Notes under the pieces: generated by a model
Told to the model about the DNA's origin: nothing
What the model saw: only the letters and a program-made list of their open reading frames with translations
The model's database searches: none
In this document: piece by piece, positions 56,913-64,000 of the stretch
Position numbering within the stretch: the stretch's first letter is position 1
Layout of the letters: each line of letters opens with the position of its first letter
IMG/VR virus record: IMGVR_UViG_3300042946_000249
Direction: 5' to 3' (one strand)
Origin: a virus
DNA length: 64,000 nucleotides
Translations under genes and position numbers: made by a program

Positions 56913-59900
56913 ATGAACGTACTTCCTAACATACTACAGTATGGAAGTAGTGGTACATCTGGTACATCAGGTGAATCACAGACTTCTGACTACGTAAATA
57001 ATTTCCCAGTTTATATAGATCCAGTGGTTCCTGTGGAGCCACCACCTAGTGAATTATCATCTAGTCAGCCCTCCTTTTTGTCCAAGCTCTATGGTAGGAC
57101 TCTTGTTCAGGAGACCCCTATTATTACTAGCGAGCCACTTATTTACGTTGCTGCTCCTGATCCAGTGGATCCAGCAGACAACCAATCGTTCATGTCTAAG
57201 CTATTTGCTAATGCAAATAACAATACAGCTTTCACAAGCAGCCCAGTAGTATGTGCTGCTAATCCTTGTCCTATCACATTGAACGCCACCTGTGTGTTCT
57301 ATGAAGGACCCAATTTGATCTATACAAAGATCAACACAAATGACAACCTCCAGACAGCTCTTGAGAAGATAGAGGCAGCTATTGCTGACGAACTTGCAGG
57401 AAGCTCTGGTACGAGTGGCACTTCTGGCACCTCAGGAACGTCTGGTACAGCAGGTACTTCAGGTACCACTGGCACCAGCGGAACTTCAGGCACAAGTGCT
57501 ACAGCAGGTACTAGTGGCACCTCAGGTAGCTCTGGCACATCTGGTACAACAGGAACAAGCGGTACGAGTGGTACTGACGGTAGTGGAGGAACCTCTGGAA
57601 CCTCTGGGACGTCTGGAACATCTGGTACTAGTGGCACTGCTGGAACCAGTGGCACCTCTGGTACTACGGGTACAAGTGGCACATCAGGTACAGATGGTAG
57701 TGGTGGCACATCAGGCACTTCGGGTACATCTGGAACCAGTGGTACAGCTGGCACCTCAGGTACAAGCGGAACCACAGGAACTAGTGGCACTAGTGGGACA
57801 ACTGGTACCTCAGGTACATCAGGCACCCATGGTACATCAGGTACAACTGGTACTAGCGGTACGTCTGGGACAACTGGAACTTCTGGAACCTCAGGCACTA
57901 CAGGTACGTCTGGTACCTCAGGCACTTCTGCAACGAGTGGTACGAGCGGAACCAGTGGTACAGATGGAACAGGAGGTACGAGCGGTACATCTGGTACATC
58001 AGCCACTAGTGGAACTAGTGGTACAACAGGAACTAGTGGGTCAAGTGGCACCAGTGGAACCTCTGGAACATCAGGAACTGATGGCTCAGGAGGTACTTCT
58101 GGCACATCGGGTACATCTGGTACAGATGGAACTAGTGCAACATCAGGAACTTCTGGTTCTTCTGGAACATCAGGAACCTCTGCAACTAGTGGAACTACAG
58201 GTACTTCTGGTACGTCAGGTACTGACGGAACAGGAGGAACTAGTGGTACGTCAGGTACATCTGCCACCTCTGGATCATCAGGCTCTTCTGGAACTGATGG
58301 AACAGGAGGCACATCAGGTACCAGTGGAACCAGTGCGACCAGTGGTACGTCTGGAACTACAGGAACCTCAGGTAGTAGTGGTACAACTGGTACGTCTGGT
58401 ACGAGTGGGACCGCTGGTACAAGTGGAACAGATGGTTCTGCAGGTACATCAGGTACAAGTGCAACGAGTGGAACAAGTGGTACAAGTGCTACATCAGGCA
58501 CGTCTGGAACAAGCGGAACTACTGGTACATCTGGTAGCTCTGGTTTGAGTGGAGATAGATTTGCTACAACATCAAGTACAACATATACATTAGGAGGTGT
58601 TGGTTCCTCAGGAACTATCACAGTGGGGACAGGACTAGCCTACACAGTGGGTCAGTCTATCATTGTTGCCTACGATGCTAATAATCACGTAGAAGCTGAG
58701 GTGACTTCATACAATCCAGCAACTGGCGTATTGAGCTTCACTGTATTTAGACTTACAGGGTCTGGTACATATAGTTCATGGCAAGTAAACTTGGATGGTG
58801 CTACAGGTGGTGATGGTTCTAGTGGATCATCAGGAACTAGTGGTACATCTGCAACAGCTGGTACCTCTGGTACGACAGGTACATCAGGTTCAAGTGGTAC
58901 GTCTGCTACGTCAGGTAGCTCAGGTACTACAGGAACTAGTGGAACTGACGGTACAAGTGGAACCAGCGGCACCACAGGCACATCTGGCTCAAGCGGTAGT
59001 AGTGGATCTTCAGGAAGCAGTGGTTCTAGTGGAACATCTGCCACTTCTGGAACTTCTGGTACATCAGCTACAGATGGTACAGGGGGCACTAGTGGAACTA
59101 GTGGGTCCTCAGGATCAAGCGGTAGTGCTGGAACAAGTGGTACAGCAGGTAGTCCTGGTACGTCTGGAACTAGTGGTAGTTCTGGAACAGCAGGATCGTC
59201 AGGAACCACAGGTACATCTGGAACTTCTGGAACAACAGGTACCAGTGGTACTAGTGGTGTATCTGGAACCTCTGGAACTAGTGGTACAAACGGTACAGGT
59301 GGAACATCTGGCACCTCTGGAAGCAGTGGAACATCTGGGTCTAGCGGTACAGCAGGTTCATCTGGTACTAGTGGAACATCAGGTACAGCAGGTACTAATG
59401 GTAGTCCAGGAACCTCTGGCACAAGTGGATCAAGTGGATCTAGTGGTACAAGCGGTACGACAGGTACCAGTGGAACCTCAGGTTCTTCTGGATCTAGTGG
59501 TATAAACGTTGGATCAAGTGCTGTAATTGTACTTGGTGCAGGTGCTTGTTCTTCTGTTAGATGTGGCGTTAGCAATAGTGCAACAGGTGGTTACACAGGT
59601 AACTTGGCAGGTACAAGTAACACCATGAGTGGATGCTGTTACAACGTTATAGTTGGTGGATTTAACAGTACTGCAAGCGGAACATATTATGCGTTTATAG
59701 GTAATGGTAGTACAAACACGGCAAGTGGCAGTGTTTCATTTATAGGTACAGGTGGGAGCAACATCGCTTCAGCAGATTATGCTTTTATTGGTAATGGTGC
59801 AGGAAATACAGCTTCAGGTAGTTTTGCAACTATTGTAGGAGGTACAGTTAATACGGCATCAGGAACATGTTCTTTTATTGGTGGAGGTTTTTGTAATACT

Positions 59901-62900
59901 GCTTCAGGAACACATGATGTTGTTGTGGGTGGATTATACAATAGGGCAACATCTTCTGCCCAATCATTTATAGGAGGTGGTTGCTACAACTATATTTCAA
60001 CAGGTGTTTGGAATACCATCACGGGTGGTATTTGTAACTGTATTACAGCAGGAGGATATGGATTTATTGGTGGTGGATATAGAAACTGCCTGATAAATAG
60101 CGCAACAGAATCTGCTGTAGTTGTTGGAGGTACTAATACTGTATCTGCCTCTTATTCAGGTATTCTTTCAGGAGCTTTAAATAGTGTATCAGGCGCACGT
60201 TCTTCTGTTTCAGGAGGTTGCCAAGTTACAGCGAGTGGCGCATTCAGCCATGTTGGAGGTGGTTGTTTAAATACAGCATCAGGAACAACAGCAGGTGTGT
60301 TGAGTGGTAGAGGTAATGCCGCAGGAGGTAATTGGTCTTCTGTAAGTGGTGGTTATAATAACTCAGCAGGCGGTAATGAATCTCATGTAGGTGGAGGTAA
60401 TGCAAACTCTGCTTCAGGATGTATGTCATTGGTTGGTGCAGGTTTTGGTAACACTGCATCAGGTTTAAGGTCAGGTATTGGTTCAGGTCAATGTAACACA
60501 GCATCAGGTAACTATTCTTTTGTTGGAGGTGGTGTTAGCAATTTAGCTTGTGGTGTTTACTCTACAGTGACAGGCGGTATAGTAAACGAAGCAAGAAGTA
60601 CAGGAGCTGTAGCGGGTGGTTATGCCAACACTGCAAGTAATAGATATTCAGCAGCTCATGGTGGATTGTCTAACGTTGCTCAGGGTATTTCATCTGTTAT
60701 CGCAGGTGGTCAATCTAACTATGTTTGTAACTCAACATCAGGATGCCTTGCTTATGGAGCAGTTGTCACAGGTGGTGTTGGTAATAATACCACGGGTGGG
60801 ACTTGGAGTTTAGCTTCCTGTGCGTTTACGGTAGCACCAACTCCTTGTAATGTAGGACAATACTCTTTCATAGGCGGCGGATTTCAGAATAGAGCAGGAG
60901 GAAATTATAATTCAGTAGTAGGAGGATTTTGTAATAGTACAGGTACAAGTGGATACACCGCAATTGCAGGTGGTTTTTGTAACACAGCTTCTGCAAACTA
61001 TAACTTTATAGGAGCAGGTCAAAATAACTGTATTATTTCTACAGGAGGAATGTCTATACTTGTTGGTGGCTATCTAAATACAGTTAGTAGCACATATAGC
61101 TTTTTAGGAGGAGGTAGAAGTAACTTAGTCTCAGGAGCTTGTTCTGTAATAGTTGGAGGTAAAAGTAATACAGCATCAGGATATATTTCAGCAATAGGTG
61201 GTGGTCAGTCAAATATAACATCAGGAAGTTTTACTTTTGTCGGTGGTGGTAATGGGGTGTGTGCCACATCTTGTTTGGCAACAGCTGTTGGAGGAGCAAA
61301 TAATAGAGCATCGGGAGCAAGAGCGTTTGTAGGTGGTGGTTCAGCCAACACTTCTTCAGGATATATTTCAGTAGTAGTTGGTGGTGATTCGAATACATCA
61401 AATGATAGATATGGTGTTATAAGTGGGGGGGCTGTCAATACTGCATCGAACACTTATGCAACGGTGTCGGGAGGTCTAAGTAATACAGCTTCAGCGAGTA
61501 GAGGAACAGTAGCAGGTGGTACAGGAAACACAGCAAGTGGATATGCAGCTTTTGTTGTAGGTCAAAACAACACAGCAAGCGGGAATAGAGCTACAATTAG
61601 TGGAGGTAGAAATAATACATCATCAAGCACATATTCGACAGTCTCAGGCGGTTATAGAAACAGGGCTACACAATATGCTACAACTGTGAGTGGTGGATAT
61701 GGTAACTATTCATGTGTTACACAAGGAACTGTTGGGGGCGGTATATGTAATAATCTTTGCAGTAGCGTAAGTGCTTCTTGCGGAGCAGGAGCAACGATTG
61801 CAGGTGGTGTTGGTAACAACACAACAGGTGGTACATTTAATCCTGCAACAGGTCAGTTTTCTGTTGCACCAACCGCAATATGCAACGCAGGTCAATTCTC
61901 TTTCATAGGAGGAGGATTTTCAAATGTAGCTACAGGAGCATATTCTGTTTTAAGTGGTGGGCAATGCAACACTGCAAGTGGATATAGGAGTTTTGTAGGT
62001 TCAGGTTATCAAACTGTAGCATTAGGTTGTCATAGTGTAGCTGTTGGAGGTTTGTTTAACTGTGCAAGTAACTGTGCAGTAGTGGTAGGTGGTTGTGTTA
62101 ATACAGCTTCAGGTGCTTATTCTTTTATTGGAGGTGGTAGAACACACACAGCAAGTGGTACTTGGTCTACCATTTCAGGTGGATATGGTAACCTTGCAAG
62201 TGGACAAATATCAGTAGTTGCAGGAGGTTATGGAAGTAGTGCAACAGGTTGTCGTGCTGCAACCTTGGGGGGTCAATCAAATGGTGCATCAGGCGCATGG
62301 GCTACAGCAGGTGGTGGAATTAGTAATGTTGCATCAGGAGAATCATCAGTGGTAAGTGGTGGTGATAGTAACACAGCAAGTGGTATTCGTGCAGCAATAG
62401 GTGGCGGTTTAGCAAATACAGCAACACAATGTGTATCTACTGTAGCAGGTGGAGACTATAATGATGCTACAGCAAACAGAGCATTCATAGGTGGTGGATA
62501 TAATAATACAGCTTCTTCAAGCTATACCACTGTATCAGGTGGTTATCAAAATACGGCATCTGCTACAAGGGCTACTGTTGCAGGTGGTCAGTTCAATTTT
62601 GCCACAGGTAGCCAATCGATAGTTGGCGGGGGTATATGTAACTGTGCAACCACTTCAAATTCACATATTGGTGGCGGTCTTAGAAACTGTGTTGTAGGAA
62701 GCATGGAAGCATCCACAATAAGTGGAGGTTATGGTAATATAGTTTGTGGTTCAGGTTGTGAAGCAACTATTGGAGGTGGTCGTGGAAACCGTACTGTTGG
62801 TTGGTGGACATTTGTAGGAGGTGGTGTTGGAAACGTGGCTTCTGCTGAAAGTTCTATTAGTGGCGGTGCATTAAACACAGCATCAGGATATAGGTCTTCT

Positions 62901-64000
62901 GTATCAGGTGGTTGGTGTAACGTTACATCAGGTTGTCAAGCGGGTGTTTTGAGTGGATGTGGTAATACAGCATCAGGATATAGAGCAGTTGCTGTTGGTG
63001 GCGGTTCAAATATATCTTCAAATAGTTGGTCAACAGTAGGTGGAGGTAGAAATAACACAGCTTCAGGTTGCATGTCCTTTATAGGTGGTGGCTGTGGAAA
63101 CACTGTTTCGGGTGGTTATGCTTCTTCTCTTTTAGGTGGATGTGGTAACACAGCATCGGGAACAAGGTCTACCGTAGGTGGTGGAATGTTGAATACAGTA
63201 ACAGGAGCATCAGGAACAATAGCAGGTGGAGAATATAACTGTATTTGTAGTGCAGGCATATTTGGAATCATATCAGGTGGATATTGTAGCATAGTTTCAG
63301 GATGTTCTGCATCAATATTAGGTGGTAGAGCTAATTTAGCATCAGGAGATTGTTCAACAGTGGGTGGCGGTCAAGCAAACTGTGCAACAGGTGCTTTTTC
63401 AGCAATAGTGGGAGGAGACCAACATGCTGCCACAGCTTCAAGAGCATTTATAGGTGGTGGTTATGACAATACCGTAAGTAACGGTTATGGAGCTATAACA
63501 GGAGGTTATCAAAACAATGCTTCTTACATGGCTTTTGTAGGTGGAGGTAGAGGAAGCACAGCATCAGGAAACTATTCAACAGTAGCAGGGGGACAGTCTA
63601 ACACTGCTTCAGGAACTGTATCAACAGTTGGTGGAGGTGCAGGGCATACAGCTTCAGGATATCGTTCTGTTATCAGTGGTGGACACGCAAATTATGCTAC
63701 AGCATCTTGTTCCGCAGTAGGAGGTGGATATAACAACATTTCTTCAGGAGGATTTGCTTTTGTTGGTGCAGGTACAGGTAACACCTCTTCAAGTTCAGCA
63801 ACATTTATTGGAGGTGGTTATTATAATGTTGCAAACTGTGGATATGCTTCAGTGGCAGGAGGACAACAGAACACAGCAAGTGGAAGATATTCATTTGCAG
63901 GTGGTGGTCTTTGCAACCTTTCCAATGGTGATATGTCAACTATTGGTGGAGGTTCATGGAATAAAATAATTAGTTCAATAGCTACTTGTTGTGCAACAGG
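56913..64000 (+). CDS. giant fibre protein, 5'-partial view (at least 2362 aa, runs off the window): anchor module, two collagen-like Gly-X-Y blocks, long beta-roll/YadA-head-like repeat domain
   Basis: ATG at 56913, frame 0 checked by hand at many points up to 64000 with no stop; absent from the ORF track because there is no in-window stop. Confidence 0.75.
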   Translation, partial: MNVLPNILQYGSSGTSGTSGESQTSDYVNNFPVYIDPVVPVEPPPSELSSSQPSFLSKLYGRTLVQETPIITSEPLIYVAAPDPVDPADNQSFMSKLFANANNNTAFTSSPVVCAANPCPITLNATCVFYEGPNLIYTKINTNDNLQTALEKIEAAIADELAGSSGTSGTSGTSGTSGTAGTSGTTGTSGTSGTSATAGTSGTSGSSGTSGTTGTSGTSGTDGSGGTSGTSGTSGTSGTSGTAGTSGTSGTTGTSGTSGTDGSGGTSGTSGTSGTSGTAGTSGTSGTTGTSGTSGTTGTSGTSGTHGTSGTTGTSGTSGTTGTSGTSGTTGTSGTSGTSATSGTSGTSGTDGTGGTSGTSGTSATSGTSGTTGTSGSSGTSGTSGTSGTDGSGGTSGTSGTSGTDGTSATSGTSGSSGTSGTSATSGTTGTSGTSGTDGTGGTSGTSGTSATSGSSGSSGTDGTGGTSGTSGTSATSGTSGTTGTSGSSGTTGTSGTSGTAGTSGTDGSAGTSGTSATSGTSGTSATSGTSGTSGTTGTSGSSGLSGDRFATTSSTTYTLGGVGSSGTITVGTGLAYTVGQSIIVAYDANNHVEAEVTSYNPATGVLSFTVFRLTGSGTYSSWQVNLDGATGGDGSSGSSGTSGTSATAGTSGTTGTSGSSGTSATSGSSGTTGTSGTDGTSGTSGTTGTSGSSGSSGSSGSSGSSGTSATSGTSGTSATDGTGGTSGTSGSSGSSGSAGTSGTAGSPGTSGTSGSSGTAGSSGTTGTSGTSGTTGTSGTSGVSGTSGTSGTNGTGGTSGTSGSSGTSGSSGTAGSSGTSGTSGTAGTNGSPGTSGTSGSSGSSGTSGTTGTSGTSGSSGSSGINVGSSAVIVLGAGACSSVRCGVSNSATGGYTGNLAGTSNTMSGCCYNVIVGGFNSTASGTYYAFIGNGSTNTASGSVSFIGTGGSNIASADYAFIGNGAGNTASGSFATIVGGTVNTASGTCSFIGGGFCNTASGTHDVVVGGLYNRATSSAQSFIGGGCYNYISTGVWNTITGGICNCITAGGYGFIGGGYRNCLINSATESAVVVGGTNTVSASYSGILSGALNSVSGARSSVSGGCQVTASGAFSHVGGGCLNTASGTTAGVLSGRGNAAGGNWSSVSGGYNNSAGGNESHVGGGNANSASGCMSLVGAGFGNTASGLRSGIGSGQCNTASGNYSFVGGGVSNLACGVYSTVTGGIVNEARSTGAVAGGYANTASNRYSAAHGGLSNVAQGISSVIAGGQSNYVCNSTSGCLAYGAVVTGGVGNNTTGGTWSLASCAFTVAPTPCNVGQYSFIGGGFQNRAGGNYNSVVGGFCNSTGTSGYTAIAGGFCNTASANYNFIGAGQNNCIISTGGMSILVGGYLNTVSSTYSFLGGGRSNLVSGACSVIVGGKSNTASGYISAIGGGQSNITSGSFTFVGGGNGVCATSCLATAVGGANNRASGARAFVGGGSANTSSGYISVVVGGDSNTSNDRYGVISGGAVNTASNTYATVSGGLSNTASASRGTVAGGTGNTASGYAAFVVGQNNTASGNRATISGGRNNTSSSTYSTVSGGYRNRATQYATTVSGGYGNYSCVTQGTVGGGICNNLCSSVSASCGAGATIAGGVGNNTTGGTFNPATGQFSVAPTAICNAGQFSFIGGGFSNVATGAYSVLSGGQCNTASGYRSFVGSGYQTVALGCHSVAVGGLFNCASNCAVVVGGCVNTASGAYSFIGGGRTHTASGTWSTISGGYGNLASGQISVVAGGYGSSATGCRAATLGGQSNGASGAWATAGGGISNVASGESSVVSGGDSNTASGIRAAIGGGLANTATQCVSTVAGGDYNDATANRAFIGGGYNNTASSSYTTVSGGYQNTASATRATVAGGQFNFATGSQSIVGGGICNCATTSNSHIGGGLRNCVVGSMEASTISGGYGNIVCGSGCEATIGGGRGNRTVGWWTFVGGGVGNVASAESSISGGALNTASGYRSSVSGGWCNVTSGCQAGVLSGCGNTASGYRAVAVGGGSNISSNSWSTVGGGRNNTASGCMSFIGGGCGNTVSGGYASSLLGGCGNTASGTRSTVGGGMLNTVTGASGTIAGGEYNCICSAGIFGIISGGYCSIVSGCSASILGGRANLASGDCSTVGGGQANCATGAFSAIVGGDQHAATASRAFIGGGYDNTVSNGYGAITGGYQNNASYMAFVGGGRGSTASGNYSTVAGGQSNTASGTVSTVGGGAGHTASGYRSVISGGHANYATASCSAVGGGYNNISSGGFAFVGAGTGNTSSSSATFIGGGYYNVANCGYASVAGGQQNTASGRYSFAGGGLCNLSNGDMSTIGGGSWNKIISSIATCCAT
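57399..58559 (+). repeat. collagen-like block 1: 129 Gly-X-Y triplets (mostly G-T-S)
   Basis: 9-nt codon periodicity GGN-ACN-(TCN/AGY); synonymous codons vary widely. Confidence 0.85.
58797..59507 (+). repeat. collagen-like block 2: 79 Gly-X-Y triplets
   Basis: Same periodicity; separated from block 1 by a 79-aa globular insert (58560-58796). Confidence 0.85.
59508..64000 (+). repeat. more than 1490 aa of 14-16-residue repeats, approximately x-A-S-G-x-x-S-x-V/I-x-G-G-x-x-N-T, many containing Cys
   Basis: Hand translation, e.g. NTASGAYSFIGGGRTHTASGTWSTISGGYGNLASGQISVVAGG... Confidence 0.8.

Noticed and set aside
57399-59507. Possibility that the short-period tandem repeats are a CRISPR array or a non-coding satellite
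   Set aside because: The period is 9 nt with no spacers, and the repeats lie in an unbroken reading frame. Their degeneracy is at synonymous positions, which is the signature of a coding repeat.
57320-59575. Track ORFs 57320..58621(-), 57382..58548(+), 58685..59575(-) and 58795..59505(+), encoding Pro/Val/Leu/Gln-rich 'proteins'
   Set aside because: They are alternative-frame and antisense readings of the 9-nt-periodic Gly-X-Y coding repeat. The frame-0 ORF starting at 56913 is continuous, has a sensible N-terminal domain, and continues beyond the repeats.
1-64000. Prophage or mobile-element boundaries, integrase, tRNA genes, toxin-antitoxin or classical defence systems
   Set aside because: No recombinase, transposase, tRNA or recognisable defence-system motifs could be read anywhere in the window. 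The region is an uninterrupted phage structural and early-gene layout.

Overview
This 64 kb window reads as the morphogenesis (virion) half of a tailed dsDNA phage, or a prophage without a recognisable integrase. GC is about 40 %, there are no Shine-Dalgarno sequences, several genes are preceded by TAnnTTTG -7 boxes, and almost every virion gene starts 'ATG GCT/GCA'. This points to a Bacteroidota host and, tentatively, a crAss-like (Crassvirales-like) phage. No database search was possible, so all calls rest on motifs I can read directly, gene order, size and codon usage.

Layout:
- 1-6095: about 17 small genes on the minus strand (zinc ribbons, a strongly acidic DnaJ-type zinc-finger protein, an HTH-like protein). 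Several have their own intrinsic terminators, and an unusual palindrome- and direct-repeat-rich control region lies at 3060-3460.
- 6096-6670: a G-tract and palindrome-rich non-coding region between the leftward block and the rightward virion block (candidate ori/pac).
- 6671-22557: small DNA-binding proteins (a possible HU/IHF-like protein), then terminase large subunit (Walker A/B and nuclease Asp visible), a putative portal, an SPFH/band-7 domain protein, an acidic scaffold-like protein, a putative major capsid protein with a strong highly-expressed codon signature followed by a nested stem-loop RNA element, accessory head/neck proteins, a phage tail-collar-domain fibre, and a tandem terminator.
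- 22731-56904: a calcineurin-like metallophosphatase and a run of giant structural proteins (1871, 1016, 881, 3870 and 1562 aa). The 3870-aa protein carries a DFDID (DxDxD) motif resembling the catalytic site of crAss-like virion RNA polymerases. Several proteins carry mucin-like poly-Thr/Ser linkers.
- 56913 to beyond the window end: a giant fibre gene that runs off the window (at least 2362 aa are visible, none of it in the ORF track). It has an N-terminal anchor module shared with three other fibre proteins, then 208 Gly-X-Y (mostly Gly-Thr-Ser) collagen-like triplets in two blocks, then more than 1490 aa of 14-16-residue Gly/Cys-rich repeats that look like a YadA-head or beta-roll.

I found no tRNA, CRISPR array, integrase or transposase.
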